A DNA stretch of 63,174 nucleotides, filler included, from Diploschistes diacapsis (Eukaryota), in NCBI GenBank assembly GCA_023645945.1. It is 22 parts of 22 records of this genome, joined end to end, with 100 filler letters (N's around TTAATTAATTAA, not from the genome) between each part and the next. Parts side by side here need not be neighbours in the genome. Positions count along the whole stretch, not along the records: positions 36,899 to 38,688 come from JALAIB010002620.1; positions 38,789 to 40,578 come from JALAIB010002621.1; positions 40,679 to 42,464 come from JALAIB010002622.1; positions 42,565 to 44,350 come from JALAIB010002623.1; positions 44,451 to 46,236 come from JALAIB010002624.1; positions 46,337 to 48,121 come from JALAIB010002625.1; positions 48,222 to 50,005 come from JALAIB010002626.1; positions 50,106 to 51,889 come from JALAIB010002627.1; 14 more parts are not named here. One strand, given 5' to 3'. Numbering within the stretch: position 1 is the stretch's first letter; every line of letters begins with the position of its first letter. Under the pieces are notes generated by a model. It was not told the origin of the DNA and did no database searches. It saw only the letters and a program-made list of their open reading frames with translations. Below, in pieces: positions 36,799 to 50,710 of this stretch. The translations under genes and the position numbers were made by a program.

Positions 36799-38162
36799 NN
36801 NNNNNNNNNNNNNNNNNNNNNNNNNNNNNNNNNNNNNNNNNNTTAATTAATTAANNNNNNNNNNNNNNNNNNNNNNNNNNNNNNNNNNNNNNNNNNNNTT
36901 TTAAGATATATTAAAATTAAATACTTTTATAGTTTCGTCGATATCCTATTGTCAATTATAAATTTTATTTAATATTTAATAATAACATCGTACGTTAATG
37001 TTAATTAACAAATACGAAAATGATAGGTTGGAACATAATGAACTTAAAGATAAAAAATATAAAATTAAAGTTAATAGATTCGAAGGCAATAAATTCGAAA
37101 ACAATGGATTTAAAGCAATAAAATGGAAAATAATAAGTACGAAAATAATAAATTTAAAATAACAAGTTTTCAAAACAATAAATTTAAAACCAAAAATACG
37201 AAATCATTAGATTTAAAAATAATAAATACGCATACAATAAATACGGAAACAGTAAATATTATAATGGCATAGTTGACGTCGCTGCTGGCTAATAACGTCG
37301 CTGCAGTAGCATCTATAACGATATTACCCACTATAGTTATATAGGCTCGCTGCCTACTTAGTTATTTTAAATCTATCTTCACTCCACATAATGATTTGAC
37401 ATAATACTATAAATTAATAACAACGATTATGGTTTAATCCATTATCTTAGTGCTTATAGCACCAATATAGATTCGCATCTCTACTCAGTCTTTTTTGGGT
37501 CCAAAAAAGAGCTTTTTTAACCACCATTTAGAGCTTCTAAAAGCCCTTATTTGTCATACATTTTATATGAGGATTTGTGGTTTTCAGAATGATCTCCTTA
37601 TGCTCTACTAAAGAAACAGATAAGCATTCCTTTGTTTTCTTCTCGCCTAACAAATTTAACCTAAGAATAGAATCCTACAGAACAATTATTTATCGGTTAA
37701 CGTGTTCTCGTATCTTCCCTTTCCCTACCAAATCTCTATAAAAAGAAAGAATATCTTAGAACAATAAGATCCAGCATCTCGAACACCTACCTAGAACAGC
37801 TATTAGATATCAACCAGATCAACCTTTCGAACCGATCTCGCCATTCACCTCTTTTTTTTTCTGTTATTAAGATCTAGCTGGATACTAGAATCCTAGAATA
37901 CTACCTTACCTTCTTATCGCTTTCGTCTATCTTTACAACCTTCAGTCACTCATTCTCCTATCTTTTCTTTAATTATTAAATTTATTATAGGAAGCTAGAA
38001 CTTCTACCGACAGCTTCGACATCGAGAAAAAGCAAGGATTTAGATATACAATAAGGCAGGTTATAAAGACTATTTAAGATATTATTTAGGGTCTATTTAA
38101 GGTATTGAATTAAGCTTTTTTGGCTTCAAATTTATTATAAGGCAAAAGTGCTTTTAGAACTA

Positions 38163-38688
38163 ACGTACATGCATAACGAGCGGACACTCATAGCGAACGG
38201 ACACCCTTCTCGATTCATACGAGTCGCAATTACATTTACGTAATTTATTCGTACGATAATTTATGATATTAATTATTAATATCTTTTTTAAAAGCTATAA
38301 ATTTTATTTCGTAAGTTCGCGCATTATACCCGGATTAATTATATTTATTATAACGTCGTACGCGTAATTCGATTTCCTATATACGATCTTTATTTTTAGA
38401 CATATCAGCCTTTTTTATACGAATTTCGATTTTTAAAGACTGTAATGCGATTACTTCTAACACGTTAAATAATCCTTTAGCTCGTACGTACGTTTTTTTA
38501 ATCTTTTTTCGTTTATTAAATACCTTTTTTGCCGTACAAAATATCTTAATCTCGACCTTAAGAACTATTATTTTATACGTTAATTTAAAAATACCTTTGG
38601 TTTATATATTAATTAACTCGTATAAATGGGTAAGAGAACTGCTTTAATATTCAATAATTTTAGATTTTAAATTTATAAAGTTTCGTAA
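38163..38688 (-). mobile_element. Fot1/Pot2-like family G 3' end (TIR plus CCHC knuckle remnant)
   Basis: TA|ACGTACATGCATAACGAGCGGACACTCATAGCGAACGG; inverse of 2600-2839 and 45927-46236. Confidence 0.75.
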
Positions 38689-40118
38689 NNNNNNNNNNNN
38701 NNNNNNNNNNNNNNNNNNNNNNNNNNNNNNNNTTAATTAATTAANNNNNNNNNNNNNNNNNNNNNNNNNNNNNNNNNNNNNNNNNNNNGTCTTTAGAACG
38801 TTTAATTATCATAACGTACCTTTATTATTAATTATACGATAACAAATCTCTAACGTATCGTTAATCTTTTTATATTTTAATAATATTAATTATTAATATA
38901 TAATTCTGTTTAATATTTGTTAATTTTTAATTAACGCGTCGACGGTAAGTCGTTATTATTTTAATATATTATTATTATTGATTTTTATTAACGTGGGTTT
39001 AATATAAAGGCTTTATTTTTTTAATCTTTTCTTTTCTTTTTTTATTCTTATTCTCGTTAGTTACTTATTTTATTCGTATCGAATCTTTATTACCATGTCT
39101 GGGAGCGAAGACGTCTCTATTATCCTTAAAGATAAAGGTATTCGTTTTAAAAAGGTAAAATTAGCGACGTGGTATCGAATCGTTACTAATAAGTTAACGC
39201 ATCGCCACCCCGGAGCATGAGCTGAAGGAATTCGTTTATATCCGGTATGTGAAGCAGATCTTGATCCGTCTGTATTTCTGTAACGGTGTCCTAACGATTC
39301 GTTTAACTTACGATATTTATTATAAAAAATATTATGCTTATAAACCGATAAACCGACGAGCCATAAACGAGATATTTATTAATTATTAAAGTCCCGAATA
39401 AATATATTCCCTAAATAATGAAATTATAAGCTATTCGTAATATTATTTTAGACGATAAAAGAACCGAGTAAAATATAGATAATCATAATAAAACGATATA
39501 GATCGATTTTAATAAAAATATCGACGAGTATAAGAAAGCGGTTCGAAAAATAAAAATAATTATTCCATCCTTTAAATAAATAATATCTTATTACGTTTCG
39601 TTATCTAATCGTAATAAATCTAAAGGTTTAACGATTACGAACCTTCTTATTTTATACGAACGAAAACGCGTTAATCGCCTAATAAAAAAGATCGAAGTAT
39701 AAAAAAAACGGCAGATTAATATAAGCGAATCGCTTAAAAAATCTATAAAGAAAATAAAAACGTCTTTAAAAGAAATATCATCCTTTCTTAACAAAATCGC
39801 GAATAATAGTATATTTATTCTTATATTACCGCCTAATAAGTTTAATAATAACGTAAAGCCTAAAATTCTTTTAAAACGCGGAAATCGTAATAGGAAAAGT
39901 AATGTTACTAAATCTCGTAATCGGGTTCGGGGCCGTCGAGCTCGTTAAATTTCGCTAGCTCGTCGGATTCGCCCTTATCGCGAATAACGCGTAAGGAGCT
40001 AGAACTTTGAGATATGTTTTTTTAGGTCGGAACTTGGTCCTGATTCTTCAACTTACCGATAGCGCTTTAGCCACGTTTAGACAGCGATTCGGTACTTATT
40101 ACATTAATATTTTCTAAA

Positions 40119-40370
40119 TAGGCTGGCCGTCACTGACACTGACACGGCCGTGTCAGTGACACGGACACTGACAGTGTCAGTGTCCGTGTTTTAGATTTTT
40201 TAGCTGCGGTGTTCATGTCCGTGGATTCACGGAAGTGCAGTGTCCGTATTAATGTTAATATTTTAAATTTTTTAATTGTAATGTCCGTGTCCGTGGATTC
40301 ACGGAAATATAATGTCCGTATTAATATCCGTGTTTTAAAAAATTTAGTTACGATGTCCGTGTCCGTGTAT
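40119..40370. mobile_element. Family D TIR element end (TAGGCTGGCCGT plus GTGTCCGTG arrays)
   Basis: Same terminus at 13038, 42829, 50711/51302, 59261/59385, 59752, 60806 and 62933. Confidence 0.8.
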
Positions 40371-41099
40371 TTATTGTAAAAAGCTTTAACTGCGAGTTGA
40401 ATAATATGCGTAAGATAAGGTATATTAAATCTATTCGGGTCTTAATCGGTTCCATTCTTTCTTATATATCTTATAAGAATACTGCGCGCGCGGATAAGAT
40501 TAGTACCATTATTATTTATTATTTTAAACAACCGTGAATATAAATTATGTTTGTATAACACGTCGAAGATCGTTTTTTNNNNNNNNNNNNNNNNNNNNNN
40601 NNNNNNNNNNNNNNNNNNNNNNTTAATTAATTAANNNNNNNNNNNNNNNNNNNNNNNNNNNNNNNNNNNNNNNNNNNNCTTATAGAGAATCCTATCTGGC
40701 TTTTGTAGTAGGTAAACCACGAAAACGTTCTTGATCGATTTTTTCCGTATAGATCATAATCTAATAATTTGCTTTAGATTAATCTTTCTTTTATTGTTTA
40801 GATGTTTTGTTTAAAACTGAACCTGAACCGATAGAGGTAAATGATGTGGAGTTATTTAGGATAACTATAGTAAACAATAATAATTGATTGTTAAGGACGT
40901 AATTCATCTCTTTATTTTTAAGGTATATGCGTATAAGTTCGAATCATTATTATTAGTTTTCTTTTTTTAAGATGGAAATAACCCGCTTTTTAAATAAAAT
41001 GTCCATCTTATTACAAAGTTTATAAATAAAGAAGATTTATTGAATGAATAACTCGTAATTATATAAATAATTAATAAATAATACAAAGGGCGATCTTCT

Positions 41100-42244
41100 A
41101 TAATAAAAATGAAAATAATCGACTAAATTCAGCAGCGGTTTAGCTGAACTTCGATGATTAATGAATAATTGAATGGGTCTAGAAGTAATTCGGCTGGATC
41201 TGGATGATTATTAAAGATATCGAGATGATTTAGCGGCGATAGACTGAATGTCGATAATTGTCGAAAGATCGAATCGGTCTAATAATAGATCCAGCTAAAT
41301 ATCGATAATTGATAGATGTCGGTTAAGCTCAATAAGGGTTTAGCTGAACTTCGATAGTTAACGAGGTTCTCGATTAGATCCAGTAGCATAAATAACGGTT
41401 TTATTAGATATCGAAGGTTAACGAGATGATCGAAAAGATTCAGCGTGATTCAGTTAAATGTCGATCATTGTCGGAAATATCGAGATAATTTAACGTGATT
41501 TAGTTAATTCTCGATAATAAACAAGATCGAAAGGATCCAGCAGCGAAGGTAGCGATTCTACTGGGTTTCGCGGATTAACAAGAGATTCGACTAGGTTCAG
41601 CAGAGAAGGTAGCGGCTTTACTGGGTGTCGAAGGCTATCAAAATGATCGATAAGGTTCAGCGTGGTTCAGCTGAATTTCGATATTATTAAAAAGAGAAAG
41701 AGAGGTTTTTTCCTTAGCCTATATAGATGATAATCTAGATCCAAATATTTCTTATTTAGGCCTACTTTAGGCCCGCGTATAAGGTCCCGCGCTTTTTTAA
41801 AATAATATAACTTTTATCTTTAAATCCGGTTACTTTAAGGTCTTATAATTTAGATTTTAGGTTTTCGGATCTCTTCGATTTAAACTTTTTAAATAAGATC
41901 AACGTATTCGGTCCCGCGTTCGTAATCGTTCTAATTATCGAGAAAACTTATTTTTAATAATCAAAAACGAAATGGTTCGAATAAATTAATTCGGGCTTAT
42001 AACCTATTTAACAACGTAATAGATATATTAAAGTTTAAAGATCTTATTTTATAAAAATATTCTATTACGTAAACTTTTATACCCTACGGAATCCGTTAAA
42101 ATTTATTATTAACATTACTCCCGATCGGGCTAGTCAAAATCCCAGAAAGTTCAGCTGAACTGAACCTCGGAATTCAACTAAACTAAACTCCCGACTGGAA
42201 CTCAGTCGAACTCCCAGCCATGCCTTCTGCCTGTCTGCTCGACA
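41100..42244 (-). mobile_element. Family B Copia-LTR non-autonomous element (5' LTR 42244-42005, PBS 42004-41993, repeat interior)
   Basis: Reverse complement of 9473-10420. Confidence 0.75.
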
Positions 42245-43418
42245 CTAATCAATCATGATGTTATGATCACTATCTCTACAACGAAGACACGAGGTATTGA
42301 TCAAGGTGGGTTTAGTCTCTAGTAGAAGAGGAGTATGGAAGGAAAAGAAGTAGATCGGTAACAGGTCTATTTTAATCTCTAAAAAGATTGCTATCTAATA
42401 ATAAAAAATAACGAATATAAATTGATCTCGCGCAATCGCTAAAGATATTTATGAAAATAAACACNNNNNNNNNNNNNNNNNNNNNNNNNNNNNNNNNNNN
42501 NNNNNNNNTTAATTAATTAANNNNNNNNNNNNNNNNNNNNNNNNNNNNNNNNNNNNNNNNNNNNTCCGTGTTTATAAAAATAATTTTTAAAAAATAAAAG
42601 CGTGAGAAATAAACGTAATAATTTTAAAAATATTAAAAAAAAAAAAATGTTTCCGTGCTTTTACTGCAGTACAGTGTCCGTGTTTTAAATTTTTTAATTG
42701 CGGTGTCCGTGTCCGTGTCAGTGTCCGTGTTTTAAAATTTTAATTGTCGTGTCCGTGTCAGTGTCCGTGTTTTGAAAATTTTTGTTGTAGTGTCCGTGTC
42801 AGTGACCGTGGCACGAAACGGCTAGCCTAACTTAAAGTTTTAAGTTACTTCTCTTATCAATCGCTGGAATGACGATTTAAAAAAAAAATTAATCGTTTTC
42901 TAATATTTCCGGATTTTACGTAATACTTATATTATAAATAATTAAATTATGCTTATAATTATCATATTTAATTCTTACGACCTATCATCGGGTTTAATAT
43001 GACGGGCCTTTTTCGGTAGATCTAAAAAAAAAGATACGGTTTAATATAATAGGTTCAACTTCTTCGGGATAGCGTATTTATCCTTTAGGATTTAGAGAAG
43101 GAGCTGGATTAAGATACGTTATTAATAATGTTTTCCTATTTAATTCCGCATTTTTTATTGCTTTTTCGTATTTGTTTATCTTAAATAATTAATTTATTGC
43201 TACGGGATTGCTTTTTATAAGTTGCGACCATTTATTATATTTATCTTTTTAGTTTTTTATCTTTTCTTTTCTTGCTTTAATTAGCTTATCATTGGCTTCC
43301 GTAATTATAAATGCGGCGTTATGTCATTTTTTAGTTTTAGGTTTGATTTAACTTCATAATGATATATTAACGTAAGAAATGAACGTGATAATTAATATAT
43401 AGGTTATTAAAATCATAT

Positions 43419-44023
43419 TGTAACAGCGGGGGTAGTGCCTAATAGGGTAGCGCTATCCCACTGAGCCAAAAGACTAACACAATGCTTTCAGGAACCCCGA
43501 AACACTGTTTCCCTATTACACTATATGTAGGTGCGTGGTTGTGGTAGTAGGAGGACCTGAACCTTAGGGCGTATTTTTGGGCGTTATAGCTATCTTCCTT
43601 CCCTATAATACTGACCCCCAGCATCTATTACGTCTCATATAACGCCTCGAATATATTAGATATTTTAAATCGTTTCTGATATCTACGTTATAGACTTAAA
43701 GACGGGGTTATTTAACCGTACTTAAAATTAACCCTATGTTTTATATAACGTTAACCCCGTAGGGTCGTACGCTTAACCGTAACGCAATAAATTCGATTAT
43801 ATAAATAATAAGCCTTATGCTCGAACCAACGACTTAAGGAATAAAAGTATAACTATAATAACGGGAGTAATATTTAATAGGGTAACGTTATCTTACTGAA
43901 CTAAAAGATTAACACAATGCTTTTAGGAACCCCGAAGCACTGTTTCCCTATTACATTATATGTAGGTGCGTGGCTGTGGCAGCAGGGGGACCTGAACCCC
44001 AGGGCGCACCTTTGGGCGTTACA
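43419..44023 (-). mobile_element. Complete 605-bp TRIM (family J): 170-bp LTRs at 43419-43588 and 43854-44023, 265-bp interior, 5-bp TSD CATAT
   Basis: TG...CA outer ends; direct repeats; PPT GGGAAGGAAGATAGC on the minus strand; CATAT at 43414-43418 and 44024-44028. Confidence 0.9.
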
Positions 44024-44856
44024 CATATTTTGGGTTATAACAGATATTTATCCGGAAGTTAGAATCTTTCTTTTAAGATTGTCTGAACGTTCTAAGCGGT
44101 CGAAATAGGTTTTTTTCTAGTCGGGCGTTTTAGTGCGCGCTTTACTTTCGTTATTTCTAATATATTTAATTTTAATAACGTAACCGAAAAAAAGAATCTT
44201 TATTATTAGATAAATTAATGAAAACAATTAAAAGAAGGATCGTAAAGATTGAATCTTAGTATTAATCTAAGATTATATTAATTTAATATTAAAGGATTAG
44301 ATTAAATTAGCTTTTAAAATAATAAAGCTTAAATTTAAGCTATATAAAAANNNNNNNNNNNNNNNNNNNNNNNNNNNNNNNNNNNNNNNNNNNNTTAATT
44401 AATTAANNNNNNNNNNNNNNNNNNNNNNNNNNNNNNNNNNNNNNNNNNNNAAATAAAATAATTTATCGACGATAATTAATATTCCGTCGTTAATTTTAAA
44501 AATACTTTCGAGATCTTATAAAAATTTTATTAATTAAATTCCGAAAAAATAAGATTTCCGTAATTAATAATACCCGGAAACAGGCAGCTTACGCCAATAA
44601 GAATTATAAACGGAAACGAATCTTTAAAATAAAACGATATCGATTATTACGACGATTATACTTTTCTATAAAATCTAAAAACGTATTTAATTAAAAACGA
44701 CGTTAAAAGGGGTTTAAAGAAACGGAAACATTTATTACGAAAAAATAACGGGTATTTTTTTAAATAAATTAAAAAAAAAATAAAGATCGAGATAAAAATT
44801 AATTAAAAAAGAATATCGCGTTTATAAGAGACACAAGCATCTAGAAAGGGGGGTAA

Positions 44857-45258
44857 TGAGACAGCCCAGCCTAAGGGCCTGTTAAGCTGGGCCTGTCAAG
44901 CCACGGCAGGGTCAATGCCCAGGTGCTTGCTAAGCTACGGCAGGGTCAATACCCAGGTGCTTACCAAGCCACGGTAGGGTCAATACCCAGGTGCTTACCA
45001 AGACACGGCAGGGTCAATGCCCAGATGCTTACCAAGACACGGCAGGGTCAGGGGGTGGCTGTGTAGATAAATAGTCCCCGAACCCCGGTAGGGCTGGCAC
45101 CCACACTACTTAACGGTACCTTCCTCCCATCTAGATAGTTTCTTCTTCAGCTTTTCGAATCGAGACCTTTTACCTGCAGATGCCCAAGCTACACCTAATC
45201 CTTCCGGATCAGGCCCAGCCCCCGGTAGAGTAGCATCCTTTCCTGCGCTGGCGTTTCA
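44857..45258 (+). mobile_element. LTR family E 3' LTR with a 34-bp tandem array; a second LTR ends at 45791
   Basis: PPT GAAAGGGGGGTAA, then TGAGACAG...GCGTTTCA; about 4.5 copies of AAGCCACGGCAGGGTCAATGCCCAGGTGCTTRCY. Confidence 0.85.
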
Positions 45259-45791
45259 TAACTTCGCAATTTACTAATTACGGATCTTATTTAACGAAAA
45301 TCACGAGCGAAAAAAATAAGATTTTTTTAAACGGATATATTCGGAATATTTATTAGAATCAACGTTAATACCAAAAGGAGTTATAAAATAAAAATAATTT
45401 AATTTAAAAGTTTATTTAAACTAAACTTATTAAGATACGGCAGGATTAATGCCCAGAAGCTTGCCAAGCCACGGCAGAATTAATACCCAAATATTTGCCA
45501 AGACACGGCAGAATCAATACCCAAATGTTTGCCAAGACACGGCAGAATCAATACCCAAATGTTTGCCAAGACACGGCAGGGTCAGGAAATAATTATATAA
45601 ATAAGTAATTCTCGAACCCCGGTAGGCCTAACATCCACACTACTTAACGATACCTTCCTCCCATCTAGATAGTTTCTTCTTCAGCTTTTCAAATCGAGAC
45701 CTTCTACCTGCAGATGCCCAGCTACACCTAATCCTTCCGGATCAGGCCCAGCCCCCGGTAGAGTAGCATCCTTTCCTGCGCTGGCGTTTCA

Positions 45792-46236
45792 TTATAATTC
45801 TATTTTTAATTAAAGATGATTCCATAATCGTAAGCGTAGAAAATTGATACAAAAGTTAAAAGTTCGTAAGAGTAAATAGGGGGTATACGCTCGATATAAA
45901 TGTCCGTTCGCTATACATATACGTTACGTGAACGATTATACGCTAAATAATAATTCTTAAAACCGAGATCAAGATATTGCGTACGACGAATAAAACACTT
46001 ACCAAACGAAAAAGAACTAGTAAAACGCGCGTACGAATTAAAGAATCACTTAACGCATTAGAAACAATCGCATTATATTCTTTAAAATCGAAATTCGTAT
46101 AAAAAAAGCTGATATATCTAAAAATAAAGGTCGTACGAAAGAAATCGGATTACGCGTACGACGCTATAACAAATATAATTAGTTCGGGTATAATACGCGA
46201 ACTTGCAGAATAGAATCTATAGCTTCTAAAGAAGAT
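45792..46236 (+). mobile_element. Family G fragments: inverted terminus (to 45924) and transposase C-terminal remnant
   Basis: TIR ...CGTTCGCTATACATATACGT|TA; RIP-ed knuckle ending GYNTRTC. Confidence 0.7.
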
Positions 46237-46336
46237 NNNNNNNNNNNNNNNNNNNNNNNNNNNNNNNNNNNNNNNNNNNNTTAATTAATTAANNNNNNNN
46301 NNNNNNNNNNNNNNNNNNNNNNNNNNNNNNNNNNNN

Positions 46337-46905
46337 CTTTTACCTCTATCTTACAGCCCTTTTTTAACCTCGAATTAATTTAATTTAAATTTATCCTTAC
46401 TATATAACTTTTCACTAAATACGACCGAACTGCGAAAAACTAAAAAAGAATTTAATCAGACGTTGCGAGCCGTTCTAAAACTAATTAGTTCGATTCGACG
46501 TTATTCGTGTCGAATAACCCGTATACTTAAATCGACGTATATTAAGTTTACAACGTTTCGTAAAGAAAACCGAAAGTAAAAAACGTTTTTTAATAATCGT
46601 AAAAAACATAAATTAAATAAACGAATCGAATTGGAAGGTCGTTTTATATTTAATATAGACGAAGTTTTTAAGATAATAATTCGGGTTAAATCGAGTCGAA
46701 TACTTTCGAAACGATTTATAACGCGTAAAAAACGTTATCGCGTTTCTGAAATCGAGGAAAATGAAGAAGAGGAAGATAGATTCGATTTAGATCGATTAGA
46801 TTTTGATTGCGACGAATAAGTTATATCTAAAAACCGTAGAATGTTGACGGTAGTAATTTGAGGTGGCCGGAATCGGGGGATGGCCGGAATCCCCGTGAAA
46901 CACGT
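46337..46905 (+). mobile_element. Family F pogo transposase C-terminal remnant plus TIR
   Basis: Homologous to 2960-3459. Confidence 0.75.
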
Positions 46906-46939
46906 TAAAGGATATAGAAGCTTTAAAACCCCGGCGCTA

Positions 46940-47393
46940 TGTTACGATCCAAGTGACTAGGTAGTAGTCCACTTGGCACTTCACAGCTGATCGGGCCTAA
47001 CCCAACCACTCCTTATATATAGTTTAATCATAGTGACATGGGTCACGTAATAAATAAAAAGTTTTAAAGGCTATTTTACTTTTTATAGATAGAACGGGAG
47101 AATAATATTTTTATTTATTTATTAATTTACTTTATTAAAAAGTAGTTAGTTATATAAGAACGTAGTATAATTCTTATAAATCGGGATATGTTTATTTTTA
47201 TAAATATCTTTAATAATTATTCGAGATTAATTTATATTCGTTATCTTCTATTTATAGAAAGTAATCTTTTTAAAGATTAGAACAGACCTATTACCGATCT
47301 ACTTCTTCTCCTTCCATACTCCTCTTCTACCAGAGACCAAACCCACCTTAATCAATACCTCGTGTCTACGTTGTAGAGATAGAGATCATAACA
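46940..47393 (+). mobile_element. LTR family A complete copy, abutting a family B LTR/PBS (47394-47603) and its interior
   Basis: TGTTACGATCC...GATCATAACA. Confidence 0.8.
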
Positions 47394-48446
47394 AAGGCAT
47401 GGCTGGGAGTACAACTAAGTTCCAGAAAGAGGTTCAGTTCAGCTGAACTTCCTGGAATTCCAATTAAACCGAATAAGGAATAATATAAGTAATAGGACTT
47501 AGCGTATCTTACGAGAATAAAAGTCTATAAAATAAAATAATCTCCTAAATAAGACCTTTAGATTTTAATATATCTATTACGTTGCCAAATAGATTACAAG
47601 CCCGGATTTTATATTTACTTTATTACGCTTAATCGTTCATTGAAATTACGTCTCTCGACAATTATTACGATTACGAACGCGGGCACCGATTACGTTATTT
47701 AATGTACATTAAATCGAAGAGATCCGAAAGCCCAGAATCTAAATTATAAAACCTTAAAATAAACGGATTCAAAAGTAGAAATTATACTACATTAAAAGAA
47801 CGCGGGACCTTATTACGCTGGCCTAAAATAAGCCTAAATAAGAAATAATTGGATCTAGATATCATCTATATAAATTAACGAAAAATAACCTTCTTTTCTT
47901 TTCGACAATACTGAAGTTTAATTGAACCACGTTAAACCTTATCGATTATTTATTAAATATCGAAATCCAGCCGAACCGCTAGTTTCGCTATTAGACCCAT
48001 TCGATCCTTTCGTTAATCATCAATCTTCAGCTGTACTATTATTAAATCTACTCGATTACTTAACAACCATCGAAGTTTAGCTGAATCTTACTAAATTTCT
48101 CGATTACCTTCATTTCTATTANNNNNNNNNNNNNNNNNNNNNNNNNNNNNNNNNNNNNNNNNNNNTTAATTAATTAANNNNNNNNNNNNNNNNNNNNNNN
48201 NNNNNNNNNNNNNNNNNNNNNATAATATATAGTACTTGTTCAACCCCGTTAAATCCGATACCACTAATACTAATTAATTCGTATATTATTAATAATTTAT
48301 AACTTAACGTAAATACTTTAAATTATATAATATAATAATAATAATAATTACGTAATTATAATTATATAATCATTAATTAATTATTATTATTAATATTATT
48401 AATATTATATTAAATGTATTAATTTTTTTGCTTACGTAATATATTA

Positions 48447-48714
<268 letters not shown>

Positions 48715-49037
48715 TATTAGTTTATTATTCTTTTTAAACAGCTAATACGTCTTATTTTTAATCTTTAATGTTTTTATCCTGGATTCATCCTTATATACCT
48801 AATATAATCTTGTTATTAACGTCATTTTATTTCTTTATTTATTCTTAAGCCCTATAGCTCCGCATATAGTCTTTAAATGCGAAAAATAAAGGGAACGTTC
48901 GCGTCCTTTAGAAATAAAACCTCTATATTATTACAGGACCTCTTTCTGTCCCAGATTCTTAGTGTTTAAGATTATATATAACCACTTTTCCTACTTACAG
49001 CCCCAACTATATACCCCTATTATCGAGAGGGCCATAC

Positions 49038-49495
49038 TGTTACGATCCAAGTGACTAGGTGGTAGTCCACTTGGCACTCCATAGCTGATCGGGCATCTTC
49101 CCAACCACTCCTTGTATATAATTTAATCATGGTGACGTCGGTTACGTGATAAGTAGAAAATCTTGGAAGCTATTTTACCCTTTCATAAGTAGAACGGGAA
49201 AATATTAATTCTATTTATCTATTAATTTACTCCGTTAAAGAGTAATTAATTATATAAGAACACCGTTAAAGCTTTTATAAATCAGGGCGTGTTCATTTTT
49301 ATAAATATCTTTAGCGATTATTCGAGATTAATTTATATTCGTTATTTTTTATTAATAAATAATAATCTTTTTAGAAATTAATATAGACTTATAACCGATT
49401 TATTTCTTTTCTTTCTTATACTTTTCTTCTATACGAGACCAAACTTACCTTGATCAATACCTCGTGTCTACCTTATAGAGATAGAGATCATAACA
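49038..49495 (+). mobile_element. LTR family A complete copy with an upstream purine-rich tract
   Basis: GAGAGGGCCATAC|TGTTACGATCC...CATAACA. Confidence 0.8.
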
Positions 49496-50105
49496 ACGAA
49501 CCGAATACGCCTCAAAGGTTCCTTTTTAATAATTATTTGCAGCATTGCCGCCTAATTATGAAGTTATTATCGACGTTATTAATATTTAGATCGATAGCGT
49601 TTTATCCGTCGATATCAATTTTGATAGATAGTTTAATAGGCTAATCGATAAGTAAGAGAAGTTAATAATGAAGATTATAGCATATTTCCTACGTTATAAA
49701 AAATCATAGTATCTTAAGGGCTTTCGTTCTTAGGGACGATCCGACGAAAAGCGACGCCGTCGTTCTAGCCCAAGAAAAAGATGTCTATTTTATAATAACG
49801 ATAATTATCGCGCGATACGATGCAAGCTCGCTGAAGAGTTTAGGAAAATGGTCATCGTAGCACAAGACAAGAAGCGGGAGAAAAGAAGAGAATCCCGAGA
49901 CATCCGCGATAAGAAGGGTAAGAACAAGCGCGTCTATAATGTAGAAGGTTCAGACGATAAAAATTTAAAAAGTTTAAATCTAAACCTGAACCTTAATTAT
50001 ATAATNNNNNNNNNNNNNNNNNNNNNNNNNNNNNNNNNNNNNNNNNNNNTTAATTAATTAANNNNNNNNNNNNNNNNNNNNNNNNNNNNNNNNNNNNNNN
50101 NNNNN

Positions 50106-50710
50106 GATATTAATAATGCGTTTATCGAAGCATTATTAACGCATTAGATCTATATGACCGTATTAGATGGATATAGCGTTCTAAAGGGTACCGTGCTTAA
50201 AATTAATAAAAGCTTATATAGACTAAAATAGGCGGCCAAAAATTAATATAAAGAATACGGTAATATAATTCTAAATCTAGGATTCGTTCGATCCAATGTT
50301 GACTTATGCGTTTTTATTTTACAAGATCGAAAGTTACTGGTTAACCTTTACGTGAACGATATTATCATAACAGCACCGGACCTACATAATGTATGCTAGT
50401 TTAAAAAAGCACTAGCTAAACGCTACAAAGTCAAAGACCTAGGGGAAATAAAAAAGTTCTTAGGAATAAGAGTTTAACGATAGCGCAGTTTAGGTTCAGT
50501 AAGTTTAGCTAAATTAACCCTAAATTAAGAAACATACGTCGAGAAGATGCTCCAGCGTTTTAAGATAATAACGGATACATACAAGAGCTAAAAGATATCG
50601 TTTAATAAATACGACGGTATTAAATCAAATAAAGAATCCTCGGAAACAATTAATAAAACGTAGTATCAAAAGATTATTAATAATATTATGTATTTAACGG
50701 TCTATACGAG
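50106..50710 (+). mobile_element. Ty1/Copia reverse transcriptase remnant
   Basis: KSLYRLK*AAKN*Y, LGFVRSNVDLCVF, LYVNDII, KVKDLGEIKKFLGI. Confidence 0.9.

Noticed and set aside
44895..45050. 34-bp repeats as a CRISPR array
   Set aside because: Head-to-tail with no unique spacers, inside an LTR, in a fungal genome with no cas genes.
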